Positions 38,076 to 52,271 are shown, numbered from the stretch's first letter. The stretch is DNA of 64,000 bases from Lama glama (GCA_028534125.1 CM052816.1:46812001-46876000), one strand, 5' to 3'. Notes: a model not told the origin generated them from the sequence alone. Translations and numbers: made by a program.

Positions 38076-40964
38076 AATATGATCATGTCGTCTAGCTTTA
38101 ACAAGCTCTTTGAAACATAAGAATGTAAACTCAGCCAAGGAAGAGAACACTAACAATATTTTCATTTATACTCAAAACAAATGATTTCTTATACAATAGT
38201 GTTTATTTTCATATGCATGGAAATAGAATAAGATTAAGTTGAATTTTTTAAAGGAGAAATACTATTACATTTTCCCTTTTTTTTGTAGTCCTGTAGTCTT
38301 ATAGCTATATTATGTTAGTATCATATCTCATATCCCAGGTTGGACTCTCCCGTCCTCATGACTCGTGTATGTTCAGATGAACAATAAATTACTTTGAAGG
38401 TGAAAACAAAAACCTTATTTGAGTAGCTAATAATGTCTCATTTCTAGTTAATTTATGCAGAATTTCCAAATAAACTTAATTTTACACAGATATTTAAGGA
38501 TTACCTAGTTCTGTGAGAGATGGTACTTCTACTCATAATGATGAATAATTCCATGGACACTTGTTCATCCTTTCTAACACTTTATGCTTAACACAAATCA
38601 TTTAAATATCATGAGTTTTATTCAACTTATAGATCTAGTCTCCTGCATGTTGCATTTTATTTTATGCAGGACCCTGGGGAGATTTTCTGAGAGAATCCGA
38701 GCTAATTTACTAATGTATGTCAGCCATACCAGCAAGAACTCCGATCTACAAGAAGAGAGAAGACAGAGTTCTTTAAGTTGGCCAAAAAAATGTGATCAAA
38801 GCAAGTTAGAATATTCAATCATCTTCAGTTGAGAGACCAGACACAATCTAGATAACTTACCATTTTGTTCACTATGAGTACACGTAAATGTGAAGTTTAA
38901 ATAAGGAAAGGCCAAAAAAGCAGTCATGTAGCATCATGTGCTTGTTTGCAGTTTTCCCTACAGATCAGCATGCTCCAATGGTGGATTCTATGGATTTTGC
39001 AATAGGGGACTGATTAAGTTCTTATTCTTCCATTACAAAATACAAATATACACGAACTAGAGCCAACATACCAAAAAGCGTGACATAACTTTTACAAAGT
39101 TCTCAGGTAACTGAGTGTGTAACTTCATTTAGACTCTGACCGTGTATGTTTGTCTTTATTGAGGAAGATGATGACCTGAGCCAGAGAGGAACGTCTGTTC
39201 AGTCATTTGTGACCAAAGGACACGACTGGGAGATGGCCAGGATGCTCTCCTTGTTTCTTTTCTTCACTAAGCAAATAGATACTAAATCCTGGGTGCAGAA
39301 CAATGGTGGTTGAGGTGCTTTGGAAAATAAAATAATTTTTCTAAAGTATAGCCCTTGTTGTCAAGGCAGTTTGAAACTAGAATGTCACGAAGAGTTAGAA
39401 ATATCGTCTGTTGCTGTGGCAAAGAGCCAAGCCAACCAGTCCCCACTGGACAAGAATCCAACCAAACATCTTGGCTTGTTTCCTCCCATCCTCTGCCAAC
39501 TGAGCCAAGTTGTTTGTGTGATGGCAGTAGTACTAACACATGGGTTACATCGTAAGCAATATCATTAAAGTGGATCCCTAGGTAAAGATAAAACATATAC
39601 TACAAAGTTAAGCAAGAAAGGAAACATGGTAACCACAAAAGTCAAGGCTTTTTAGAGTGCAAAATATTACAAGTTATTTTCTGTTACTTCAATTAAATTT
39701 TTTTGCAAGACAAAGAGAGCAGATTAAGGAAAACTTACTTGCTGTATATTATTGACTATATTGTTGTTATTTCTTAGGTTTAAATTTTGTGTCAATATAA
39801 CTTTTCTGTCATTTCCAGTTGTTGGTTTCTTTCTTTCTTTCTTTCCTTTTTTTTTTTTTTCCAGTTCAGCATGCCTGAATTGAATTTTAAATTGTGATGG
39901 CAATGATTTAGGATTCAGTGAAACACTGCCTTCCTGGGATGACAAATCTTTCCATTGTGTTTTCTTAGAAAAAATTAATTTGCAGAAAAGTTATTTTAGG
40001 GCAGCTTAGAACGGCTACCCCTTGGGGCCCACCCAGCGTATATGTTCCTCTCTTTCAGTTCCCGGGTGAACAGCAGGAGCTCCTTTTCTTCCTCAGAAAT
40101 GTCAAAAGGAGGAGGGGCACGCTGGATATTGTGACACTGCTCTAAGCTGATGTAACATTGAGGCCCTCGGCTCTGTTTCTGGAAGCTCTGTAACAATGTG
40201 GAACGTTACCCTGTGTTTTCATCCTCCTGTGTCTCTGCCTGGACATGCACACTCGCACGTGTTTGCTGACACAGATAACTGTTTGGATAGGTCTCAAAGT
40301 GCAAACCCTCACTTTACAGTATTGGTATCACTGATCTTGCAGATGCTTTTCTCCCCTGTTTAAGAAAATTGTATTTTGTGTGAAGACACCATTCAGACCA
40401 CGCAGGAGCACTGCAGTTACCTCCCTGGCCCAAATGACAAGACTCAACAATGAGCCAGAACAGAGGCCTAATGCATTATAAATGTGGCAGGCGAGATTCG
40501 GGGCATCCCAAAACTGAGACAGCATTTTTTTTAATGTAGGAAACCAAGTGGAGATGTTCCTACATAATGTGTAACCATAGCATTGGTAGCAGAAAAGGAG
40601 TGCTGAAAAACATAGCTCTGTTAAGGCTACAGAATGTCTATAGGTAAAAACACTCAACCCTTCACTAAATCTCCATCTCCTCCAAGTCTTTAATCAGCAA
40701 CACTTCAAGGGAGAGCTTAGTCAGAACACTTGTCCTGGACACTTGAGAAGGGCCACATGCAAAGCACTTGGCAGCGATGATGTCACCATGTTGGGGCCAC
40801 CAGCTCTTTCTCTTAGAGATTCCTGCCCACTCCCCCCATTTCTGCTCTCTAGAGGAGATGCCTTTACTGACTTCTCATCTGACCTCTGGGGATAAAAACC
40901 TATACATCTGTATCCCTTTCACCAAGATTCTCCCCTCTGCTATTCCAGGAAACAAATTCTATAC

Positions 40965-41235
40965 ATAATATAATAATATTATAATAATAATAATTTTAAT
41001 AAGAACTGACACTATCCGAGTGCTTACTACATGCCAGACATGAAGTGCTTTACATGCACTGACCCAGTGAATCCTCACGGCAACTTTGTGAGGTAGGCAT
41101 TGTCATTAAACCTTTTTCACAGATGAGAAAAACTGAGGCACAGAGTGTAACTTGCCACAAAGTCACCTAGTTGATAAATCAGGAAACCAGGACTGGAACG
41201 AGATGATCTGAGTCTATGAGCCTTCACCTGTAAAT
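40965..41235 (-). mobile_element. MIR SINE with (AAT)-rich tail
   Basis: gagtgcttactacatgccagaca...aatcctcac...tgtgaggtaggc...ttttcacagatgagaaaaactgaggcacagag. Confidence 0.85.
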
Positions 41236-42717
41236 GCTGGGAGTTAAAGCACTGACCTATTCTAGAGCACCTGCCCCTCCCCTGACCCAGGGAATGAGGT
41301 TTATACTAAAGGGAAGGCTCGTAGGTATTATACTGGATCAGGGTGGAGCTTTATAAGCCAGTGGAATTATAAGCAAATCCCTGTCATTCCTTCATGAACC
41401 AGACAGAGACCCATGCTGCCATGAACTAGGTAATTCTAAGAACAATTTCTGAAGTTCATTTAAAAATTGAATCTAGGAGATACAAAATAAATGTTACAAA
41501 TATAGTTCTTTTCAAGTAGTTAAGTCCCGGAACCCATATAACTGGAATAAAAGAGAAACAGGAAACTATCCAAGATACTCTACAGGACTTGAAGGGGAAA
41601 TCCGTATGGCAAATGTACTTATTCAAGGCAACTGTTTAGGCAAAGCCTGCGTCAGCTTCGGTCTATGTGACAAGGCATGGACAACTAGTAAAAGTAGTTT
41701 AAGTGTCAAATATGGTGCACAATGAAAATCAAAAAGGGGAAAATGTGAGAGTCAATGTTTGGACAATTGATATAAAAAAATATGGGTACAATATGGCAGA
41801 AGGTGAAAGAAGGTGGCTTCCCCTACAAATGCAATATGCTCAATGAAAGAATGTTTTATCTGGGCATGTCAACAGTCAGCCTAATCTGAAAACCCAACCA
41901 TCAAGTGCCAGATGAGGAATGCAAAAATGCCAAGAAACATATCAAGAGGTAAAGAGAGCCAATAAAAAAACTTCCATCTTGTGGCAGTTTTATGAAAAGG
42001 ATTTACATAGAAATCAAGGGCTAATAATGAGGGCATACAAATTACTGTGGAAAATGATGATTAGTGATAATAATTGTTCGAGAAAACATGTGTGTCACCT
42101 GCCTCTAAATGGTAATTTATGTTTGACTAATGAATAATTCAAGTCCCTGGGCTTAGGACAGACTGCTGTTGCTGCTAACTAGTTTCCTAGTGGGGCCAAG
42201 GGGAGAGGGCTGCAACTGATCAGACCCCCAGAAATACCCATCGCTCACAAGCAATTCCTTCATTGCCACTCACTGCCTGGTCATGCTGACTGAGGCCCCA
42301 ACGTCTCTTTCTCTCTCTCTCCAACCCCCTTCCCACCCCAGTTTGTTCACCTTGTTCACCTTCAGAGACTGAATAAAACAAATGGCTTATAACCCCCAAA
42401 TGTCTAGACACTTTAGTGCACATAACATGTAAGACTTTGAAAGAAAACACACAAAGGAATAATCTGCTTGGCAGACCAGAGGGAGACATTGTCTGAATGG
42501 TGACCACAGTATTCAGAAAGATGTTTCATTCTGTTTCTCTGCAGACTCACATTCTGAACAATAAAATGCATCAGGAGCACTGTTAGAGATACTATTTTAA
42601 GGTTAAAAAAGGCATTAATGGAACAGAGAAGTTCTATCATCCATCTTCCCAAATGAGAAGTGTCATGATACCACCCTCCAAAGAAAAGAGCTATTATTAA
42701 AGAAAGGGAACTGGGCC

Positions 42718-43049
42718 TGCTATAGACTGGAAGTTTATATGTTGGAACCTAATCCTCAATGTGATGGAATTTGGAGATGTTGCCTTCAGGAGGTGATTAG
42801 GCCATGAGGACAGAACTCCCAAGAATGGGATTAGCACCCAAAGCCCAGAGAGATCCCCTACCCCTTGGCCTTGTAAGGTTATCGCGAAAAGACCACAGCC
42901 CGTGAACCATAAAGTGATCCTTCACCTGACACTGATCTGCCTTGATCTTCGACTTCCCAGCCTCCAGAACAGTGACAAATAAGTTTCTGTTGCGTATAAG
43001 CCACTCAGTCTATGGTATTTTGTTATAACAGCCTGAAGTGCCCAAAACA
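42718..43049 (+). mobile_element. Solo MaLR LTR (MLT1A-like)
   Basis: TG...CA termini; diagnostic segments cttgatcttcgacttcccagcctccagaac and tttctgttgcgtataagccactcagtctatggtattttgttat; degenerate 5-bp TSD GGGCC/AGGCT. Confidence 0.85.
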
Positions 43050-43329
43050 AGGCTCAAGGTTATGACTTTAAATATGTTTGGTAAGTTTCCACCCTTCTTA
43101 TCGTCCTTGATGAAGAGTTTATATGACATTTTTAATTAAATACACACAATCCCAAATCAAGTTAGTAAAAGTCAGCTATTCTCCACAGTATATCTTTATT
43201 AAAGGTAAGTTGTAGAAATTTTTAGATAGGATTTCCTTTTGTTTATCTGTTTTGTGATGGTTTTTTTTTGGTTTGTTTCAGGAGAAGCAATTTTTTTTTA
43301 CAACATTTCCTGTATCTTCTGGATTTCCA

Positions 43330-43455
43330 GAAGAAAAAAAGCAAAAATTAAAAGGAAGAAAGAGGATGATGAGGAGGAAGGGGAGAGGAAGGAAAGAAGG
43401 GAGGAAGGAAGGAAGAGAGGGTGGAAAAGGAAAAGGAAGAAAATAAGAAAGGAAC
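43330..43455. repeat. GA-rich low-complexity tract
   Basis: Seen directly; accounts for spurious ORF 43239..43691. Confidence 0.85.
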
Positions 43456-44334
43456 GTACTGAAAGTATCCTCTCTTCAAATCTTAAAAGCATTGTGGAAA
43501 CTTTTACTTGGTTTTTAAAAATGTATGTAGTCTTACCTGTTAGATCTTACAGAAAAATCCTTTTGTTGTTCAGTGCTAAGTTCTCAAAGTTTACAAATAA
43601 GCAAAGTAAGCAGTATCCCAGGCAGCGTGGTTTCAAGGACACTGGCTTTAAAAACAACTTTTTCCTTTCTGGTTTGGAAAATCCATATTAGGCAGCTTTT
43701 CCTTTACTTCCTAATTGGATATAATGTAAATATCTCTAGATGACAGCAAATTGAAATCTTTCACACTTTAGTATGAAACTGACTCAGATAATTTTTCTAC
43801 AACTGATTGAAGAGCATGGAGAGCCTGATACAAAGGATGTCTAAAGAAGGGAGAAATGAAAGCAAAAGGAGAAAGGACAGGATGCACTGCAGTTAGTTTT
43901 CCCTGCAGTTTTGTAGTTTTGCCTAAAAGGATGGTAACTTCAAGGTACCAGTTTACCTGCCAGGGAAGGAACCATATCAATTGTCTTTGATAGCACCAAG
44001 CTTGGAATAGCCATTCTATGGATGCTTGCTGAAATAATGAATAAATGAAATGCAAGCAGCTAAAGGTTAATAATATTCTTGATACTTGGTGTAGTCTATA
44101 CACAACATGAAATTGACTTCTGGAGACGTGGCATATAGAGCAAGTATTCTTCCCAATTAGCTACTCCTCTACACTAACTTCTAAACCAGGTTCTGCCTTC
44201 CCCCTCGCCATTTCTGGTGAGCATTGAAATGTACTGTTATTTGAAATGCAAACCAGAACAGGCACTTTTTTGTGGCTATTATAGTGAAGAATGGCTCATG
44301 ATAGAGATGTCCAAAAGATGATCCACAATACAGA

Positions 44335-44700
44335 AAAACATTTAATCATTTATTCAGTTATCTATTGAGTTATCTGTTACGTGGCAAGTAAAGGAGGCAA
44401 ATGCTCTTGACCTCTTGGAGTGTATAGTCTAGTAAAGTGAAGTAGACCAAAAAGGGGAGGAGGAGTGTTGGTGAACAATTACAGAAACAAAGCTCTTTCA
44501 GAATGTTTCAGATTCTGTTTTAAAAGTACAAATGTGGCAGAGAAAGACTGATAGGGCAGGTCTGGCCAGGGAGTGTTTCCTGAGAATGCAGTGAGGAGAT
44601 CGGAACCATCTTCATTTCTGGGCAACTGGTTCCAGGCTTAGGGAACAGCAATTGTGAAGACAATGAGCAAAGTGTTCTGGGGACAGAAAGGTGAATGTGG
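44335..44700 (-). mobile_element. L2 3' fragment (reverse)
   Basis: catttattcagttatctattgag...tgacctcttggagtgtatagtctagt...gggaacagcaattgtgaag. Confidence 0.55.
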
Positions 44701-46669
44701 TTTCAACATGAGGAAAGCAGTCTTCTTTCTCACACAAGCCTCATAATTTAAATTGTCATTGAATGCTCTTTTAAAATTAGTGTCTAAGAGTTAGAAACTG
44801 GTCTTCCAAAGTGTCTAATTTCTAAATGTCTTGGCCATTTTTTGATTCAGCAGTCTCAAGTTCCAGAGATGTCTGTTCTAATTCTTTTTCTACTGGGCTT
44901 TCTCCGTAAGTGAGGAGCTTAAGCATAAAGACAGGCCAGACTTAGAAAGGTGAGCCTATGTGGTATGACTACGCAGCCATCACTTGAAGTTCGATGGCAA
45001 AAGCAAGCCTATTCCCTGAAAATATTTCATTAGAATTTACATCTGAACTGGGAAGCTTGAAGGGACTGTGGCCTACGATTTGGACATTACCACGTTTATA
45101 ATCGTCAATGCATCAGCATGAATTCATTTTATCATGTGACCTAATCATTGCCTTGGAAAGCAAAGAGTAGTAACTTAAAAGATTAGAAGAAAGGAGAACT
45201 AAGTTTAGTTGATGGAGAAAAACAGGACAGTCTCAATACATGATGACAAAGTTCTTTTACATTCAAAATTTCAGCCATTCTAAATAGTGGTTCTAGAGTA
45301 TTTTTCTCAAGAAAGGATTAATGTTACAAGAGCATATGTAAGATGACAAAACAAATGAACATTTTTCCCTAGAGCTATAGTAAATTGCATTGTCCTTGGG
45401 TGTGTGCTGTGTGTTCACTGCTGATTGTGTCTTACAAGACTTTGTGATTTCCTTAATTTTAAAAGTGGTTGCAGTACTACATACATTACAATGGTATCTT
45501 TAAAATGTTAATTTTTAATATTAGGGTATCATCTATTTTAGCTTAATGTTAACTTAATAGTAAATCTATTGTAACTGTGAAGCGACATCTTAAAAAATAA
45601 TTCCCATTGTAGGCTTTCTTTAAAATTGCACATGCTGTTCTGAATATCTGCAGTAGCTGGAAATGGTATTTAAATTGGCATATCAGAAGATGATATTTCT
45701 TTGACTTTTTTTCAATTTTTTTTTCAAAAATACTACTGGAAGTAAAAATAAACTAATAAAGCTCATTTTCTTGTGTCTCAGAAATAGATTCCAAAGGTAG
45801 ACGTATAGGAAGAAGTGGAGGGGGAAAAGGATAAGGAGAAAGAAAAAAGGATGAGAAAGAGATAGAGAAGGAGAAGGAAAAGAAGAGAAAAGAATCCAAA
45901 TATATTGTAGGAAGTGACTTTATTCAAACAAGTACATATTCTCCCCCAGAGGAATGCTTTGCATGCATATTTTGACACGTTTATTTTAAAATTTACTTTA
46001 TTATCACATGTCATAATGTATAGTCTGAATCTCTGTAATTTTTATCTCATTTGTCTTAAATGAGATACATAAAATACAAAGATATATTAAATTAAAAAAT
46101 CATTGAATACAAAGATTCTGCATATCAGAACTAATAAAATTAAAAGTAATTTTTAACATTTCATTAAACTATGTCTTGATTTTCTCTCTGTGTTGGTATT
46201 ATCAACAACCTTTGAAGGACTAACTCCTTTATAACCTTTTTTTCTGGTACTTGACTTCCCTCTTTGTGTCATTTTGTTTAATCTTCCACAATTCTAACCT
46301 CACGTTTTAAAAATAAAGCACCAAAGAGAGTAGCAAAAATATTTTTTGGTGTTCCTTGCAGAAGTCCGAGGAATGTGGAAGAAAAGATAGTACCAGGATT
46401 AACATCACTCAGGATTTGACTCTGTCCATGTGAAGAGCACTGAATAGGGTGGGAACACCAGCCTGTTTCAAGCTTTCTGCACTGAAGTCAGATCCCCTTA
46501 GCTGCCCACAGCTTCTACTCTTTCTAAATCACAGCTTTCCCTCTTAGTGGGCACCGAGAACCATACGTGGGAGGGTACTGGAGACTACTGGAGAGTACTG
46601 GGGGAACGTGGCCTCACCTGAAAACCCTGCTGACATCTGCTGACAACTTCCACTTAGAGATCTAGTACA

Positions 46670-46880
46670 TGTGTTCAGACTCTGCCTCTGCCGCTCTCGA
46701 GCTCTGCACCTTTGTGATAGTCATTCAGGGTCCCTGCACTGCAGTTTTCAAATCGGAAGGAAGGGAGATAGAGCGAGGAGGAAAAACTATGTGACGTGGT
46801 TGTTGTGAGACTTCATGAGAGAAAAAAAGATAAAGCATTTTGCTCAATTCCTACTGCTTTCAATTTATTAAATAAATGGT
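46670..46880 (+). mobile_element. Degenerate MIR
   Basis: gtgttcagactctgcctctgcc...cagttttcaaatc...ggttgttgtgaga...taaagcatt. Confidence 0.5.
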
Positions 46881-47109
46881 AAATATAGTATTTAGCTCAG
46901 AAGCCAAATACTTTCCACATATGTTTTTGAAAAAAAAAACAGAAATAAAAATTAAGTAAAAATAAAGGTTTTCCATCAACAGAAATAGATGGGCAGGTAG
47001 ATCCTGTCTTATGTATAGATTTGTAGTTCCTTTAACTTAACCTTAAAAAAAAAGATTTATGATTTTGGGGGGACAGGTGGCGAGGAAACAGATAAATGGA
47101 GCACAGGAA

Positions 47110-48700
47110 AGAATAAGATCCTTAATTTCATCGGCAGCAGAAGGGGAAACCGAGGCCGGAGGTTTATCACCGGCCCACGCTCACGGTGGCGGCAGAACGG
47201 CGCTGTTCAGGGCCTGCCTAGCCTGCGGCTGGAGACCCGCCCCGCCTTTCTCCACCCAGGTGCCCCCGTCCGGAAGAGCACGAAGTCGTCAGCGCCCCGC
47301 CCAAGCTCCAAAAAGTCAGATCTGCCCCGAGGCTGAGCCCAAAGCTCAGCGTCCCCCACCCCGGGGCGTCCTCAAAGTGTCTTGGAACTGCACTGTGGAG
47401 TTCCACTCCGGATGCTCTACCGGAGCAGCTCCAGGGATGGGCTGACCAAAGCACGCAGAGGAGATGGAACAGGACCAGGGAGTGCGGGTGGCAGCGTCAG
47501 GAAGGGGGTCAACTGCGCGCAGGAAGTTTCGAGGCGGCTCCCACGGGTTCCTAAGGTGCCCTTCTCCCAGTCTGAGCGGCCACTCGGTATCCAAGCTCAT
47601 TCAAGAGTTCCGGGACAGGAATCTAAGTTCCTGTGGTTTGTCTCAACTTTTCCTCGAACTGCACGGAGGAGCAAAACAGATCGTATTACTGCGCAGATTA
47701 TCATCGCCCTCGCCGTCATTTAGAATGGAATGAGACGATGAGGGTAAAACAGGTAGTGAAAAATTCACTTTCAGACCTCGGGTCCCACGCCTCAGTCTCC
47801 TGGCCTGTCCTCGTCCCTACTCCACCCAGGCACTAAAATTGCAATTTGAGAAAAAAAAATAGGAAAAGAAAAAAAAAAAAACCACAGAGAGAGAAAATAG
47901 ACCGCAAGGCTTTTAAGGCTCTTTTAAATATAGAGAATAGCTTAAATAGTTCAAATTTATTTTTTAAGTAACTCCACACAAAAACCTGTAACTCCAGCCA
48001 AGAAAGAAACGTCAATAGCCGGGATTGGGGAGGAAAATCCAGCACCACCCCTGCGTAGAGCCCCTGTGGGGCTGCTGCTCGGGGCCCGGGTCGCACGCCG
48101 GCTCTTTGGCCCCGGGGCTCGCCAGACCTTGGGCGCCATGAACCTGCAAAAACCGTCTCCACCTATCATCCCGGACTCCAGACTTCACATCCCCGCCTCA
48201 AATTACTCAGATAACCTGTTTGGGGGAGATTGTCGCTCCGGTTCCCAGTAGGATGGGGTGAGGAGTTGGGGAGGAGGGAATTGCCCGGCCTTTGAGTCTT
48301 TCTCCCCCCACCAGCGGTCGGGGCCGACGGAGGTGGTTCGGGGTGAAGGGTAAGATGATGGCCACTCTCTGGTCAGATTCTCAGAGGTTCCAGGGGCCAA
48401 CCATTGGAGTCCATTCTTTCCTAAATCTTATTGGGAAAAGATCCTGAACATGAACTCTTTGAGAAGAGGGCCACTCCTTCAACAGCAGTGCTAGGCTGCT
48501 GGGTATTTTAAACCGGGAAATAAACCCTGTTGCCGCTGCTCTGGTGGTGTATCCCTGGGGTAGGGTCTGGGATATTGGCCTGGGGTGCCAGGGCCACGCC
48601 GAGCGCCCGAACCTCGCTGTTTTGACTCTCTAAGACAACGTGAGGCTGTTCCTCATCAGCGCCTACTTAGAAGTTGGCTGAGGAAGGCTCCCGCGAGCAC
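47110..48700. promoter_or_regulatory. CpG-rich island (patchy)
   Basis: Abrupt rise in GC and CpG relative to the AT-rich 43-47 kb flank; judged by eye. Confidence 0.65.
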
Positions 48701-49919
48701 CACTAACCAAGGTGAATCTGGTACGCTCGGGCCTGAGACGGGGTCCCTGGGGGCCTAGTGAGTTCTGGTATGTCCTCGGGTCCCAGCTTACAGTGAGAAG
48801 GGGAGCACTCACTTTGCTTCTGATGACAGGTAGAAAAGGGCTGCTAGGTGGCCAAAGTTAAGTCCCCAAATTTACAAGGGCCCAAACCAGGCAAGACTGT
48901 TTTGGAGACGGCTCGAAGCTAGGTATAGCCCTCCAACTTCGGTGCCAGGTGTGCGGTCGCCTGGCCAGCAGACGGTACCTCGGCTCTGTGCGCCCCAAGT
49001 GGTGCCAAGAGTGATTCGCGCCACTTCCCGGGGGCACAGAGATTAGGCGGGTGGGGCAGGAACCCGATTCAGTCCTTGCTTGGGGCGATACAAGTTTTGT
49101 TCTAATTTGATTCCAAAGTTCATGTTTTTTTCTACCACCCCCTACCCTTCGCCCCGAGTTACAGGGAACTCCTGCGGCATGATGGAGAGGAGGTCGAGAA
49201 AACGCCTACCAGCCAACGCACCGTTGCTGTGTGGGTCACGTCTGGGCGTTTTGAAGTTGAGAATTGTTTTGTTTCCTGGTTACCGCACTGAAGAGATCAT
49301 TTCTTAAACGATTACAATTCGTTTTTAATCTATTAAAATCTATTAATTTATTGTGTTATTTTTGTTATAACATATATGTTATATTTGGGATTAACATGAC
49401 TGTATTTCACTTAAGCAACTCTCAATCCTTCCTCCCTGTTCTGCAATGAATTCTTCGGCCCCCAAGGGTTCACTTTCATTGCGCATTTCTCTCCCTCCTA
49501 GGGTACAGTTCCCCGGACATCACACTCACCCCTCCGCACTGCAATCTGACAGCTTTGCTCCGAAGGTAGCCACTCCTGCACCCTGTGACTGACCTCCGAC
49601 TCTGGATGGTCCCACTCATAAGGACAAATTCACAGGAGACCCTCAATGTCTCTGACCGAGAAAGGAGGGGATGGGAGCTCCCTCTCTCTGCGGAGCTGAA
49701 ACCCACAATTACCAAAGTCCACTCGGAAAGCCGGCCACAGCCCTGCGGGATGAGGCCTTGGTCCTTCCATAGCTTCCTGGCCTCTGCGACTTACTTTCAG
49801 GACATTTCCGAAGGCGCAAAGGGGAGAGGGGAAAGTTCAGAGAAATAACACTGTCCCTTTCCCCGCCTAGTGCCCAGTTTTCCTCTTTCTTCCCCCTCGG
49901 TCCAAACTTTATCCAGGAA

Positions 49920-50420
49920 CGATTGTCTCTCTGGCCTCGCTGTCCCTCCCCGACGCTGCTGTCCGCTGACATAGGGTGCCAGACATAGACGCGCTTCCTG
50001 CGGTACGTGCCCGCGCAACCCGACTACTGCGCTCCAGGCGCGGATCCTCAGTCCCGGGCGGTGTGAAACCAGCCCCAAGCGGACTGTGCTCACGGTTTGG
50101 AGAGAGGAACTGGCTGGGGGTCCCCACATCCGCCCTCCAGCCCTTAAGGACAGACTGGGATATCCGATGAACAGCCTGGGGCAGAGGGAGGGAGGACCCG
50201 TGACCGGGGGAGGAGATCATCTCCACGCTCCCGCTCAGAGTGACTCCGAATTCGGGGGAAGAGGACCTCGGGGGAATGGAGACTAAGAAAACCTCAAATG
50301 CTTTGAGGACAGGACCCAGGAGGAAGGGCCCACGCAGGCACCGTGGTCGGCGACTTGAGCTCAGTCACTGCGAAATGGCGGGACCATGAGCTCCGAGGCG
50401 GAGGGGTTTTACTGGGGCCG
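49920..50420. promoter_or_regulatory. CpG island
   Basis: Dense CpG (e.g. gacgcgcttcctgcggtacgtgcccgcgcaacccgac). Confidence 0.65.
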
Positions 50421-51109
50421 CTGCAGCTTCTGTGTTATGCTAGGGTGTGTGCGGAGTGGGAAAACAGAATATGCAGAATTCTATTTATTCAGAAAAGGGC
50501 ATTCGGTCTGAATTACTATGGCCTGTGTTTTGCTCTTGACGCATGCAGTTTGGGGATGATCTTTTCCAAAACAGCTAATGCACCAGTTTAGTTAACTGGT
50601 AAAATAAATGGAGGGGGTGGGGGGAACAGGTCATTTTATCCTGCTGGACCTTTTCTTTATTTTTATTATGTGAAAAGGCTCGAGTGTGTTATTGTTATTA
50701 GTATTTTTGTGGTGGTGTCTTATTTGCCTGAGGGGTGTGAACTCAGAGAAATATGGGCTGTTCAACACATCATTTGTTCTCTTGCTTTTTTCTTGTTAAG
50801 CCAACTGAGCGTCTTCTTTTATTTTTATTTTTGAAAGCAAAAATAGGTCATAGGAGTACTGATGAACTTTGTTTACAGAAGCGCATTCTGACTCCTTTTC
50901 CTGACTGGCTGAGGACCCCCAGAGCTTTGAAAGCCCTGCTTTCCTCTAGGTTCAGAAACCACTTGGAGCCCACTTCTCAAATTCCTTACACAGGCTCTCC
51001 CTCCCCCACCGAAAAGAACGGTAAATAACTATTTGTGTGTGTGGGGGGGTGTGAGCGTGTGTGTTTTCAACTGCCTTGGGATTAGATTTCAGATATACCA
51101 GAAGAGCTA

Positions 51110-51960
51110 AGGCGCTCTCTCGACATCACTTGCCAACGGCCATTTCTCCTTTAATTCGAGGACCAATGTCCCTCCTTGCCGCTGGATTCGGAGGAGTCTC
51201 TAGGCATCCCGGCAGGCAGAAGTTTTCTCGGCTACCGAGCCCCGCAAGCAGACTCGCCCGAGCTGCATATCCCCTCATGTCCACTAGAGGTCACTGGCCC
51301 CTCGCGGCTAGCAGCGCGGCCGGCAGCCTCCTGCTCCTCCAGCTCAAATTAGCCGCGCGTTAATTAACACCCGAGTCCATCAAGGCGCGTTCCTCGGTAC
51401 AGTACTCCAGCAGGGTTTATATAGGCAATCCAAACCCAGCCAAAGCAACCTCCCCAAACCGAACACTTCCAGCATGTCCAAAATGGGAGACAGGCGCCTG
51501 AGTAACCCGGGCCAAGGTATAGTGCCATCACGCTTTAACTTTTGTTCGGTGGGGCTTGGTGAATTGCTGTGAAGATCATTCTCCGCGAGCGCAGGTTCGG
51601 CGGGGCAGGTTGTGCGCGCCAGCTTTCGGAGGCTGGGCAGCGCGCGTCCTAGCCTCTCCAGCCCACCGATCCTCGGGTCGGATTTCTCCAATTCGGTAGC
51701 CACCAGGGAGAGGGGCCCAGGTCTATACCGTCGTAAGTGCACACGAATGTAAAAGAATATTTATTTAGGGTGCGGAGTACACGAAAAATATCTAGATGTC
51801 TTTGAAATTGGTAGAGAAAAGAAAGAGAAACGACGACGTTTCTCATGGCTATTGATTCGGTCGGGGGAACTGGGGGTGGGGAGGGGGCGCGTTGAGAAGG
51901 CCAGGAGACCAACGCTGGTGATTTTAACACGCGAGGAAGGGGAAGCCTGCAGATGTGCAG
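51110..51960. promoter_or_regulatory. CpG island with CTCF-like site, GTTAATTAAC palindrome, TATA-like element and G4 motif
   Basis: Dense CpG/CGCG; motifs at 51279-51295, 51359-51368, 51416-51424 and 51863-51887. Confidence 0.7.
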
Positions 51961-52271
51961 GGACGGTCCCTGCTTCTTGCTGAGTGTGCGTGGTTTTGTT
52001 GTTGAGAGATCCACATGGAACTTGAGGTCTAGCTTTTTATTATTTTTTTTTCAGCCAAAGCCCCCAAAGCATTTAACACTGTGGACTAGGGAGACTGAGT
52101 CACGTCTCCAGGGCCTCAACTAAATCCCTAAGAACTGCATGAAAGGAGTCCGGATTTAGTCCAATAGCACTGGCCAAGTTCTTGATATTTATAAACCACC
52201 ACCACAAGTTCCTTTGACACTGTGTCCTGGTAGGTAGAAGGCTCACCTGAGGAGCTTGCATTTCTTTTGTT

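Noticed and set aside
41580..42130. Possible ancient retroelement coding remnant (a GHV-like triplet near 41860)
   Set aside because: No sustained frame or recognisable consensus by eye; needs a Dfam/tBLASTn search.
43239..43691. 150-aa ORF with hydrophobic N-terminus and K/E/R-rich stretch
   Set aside because: Translates a T-rich run and a GA-rich low-complexity tract.
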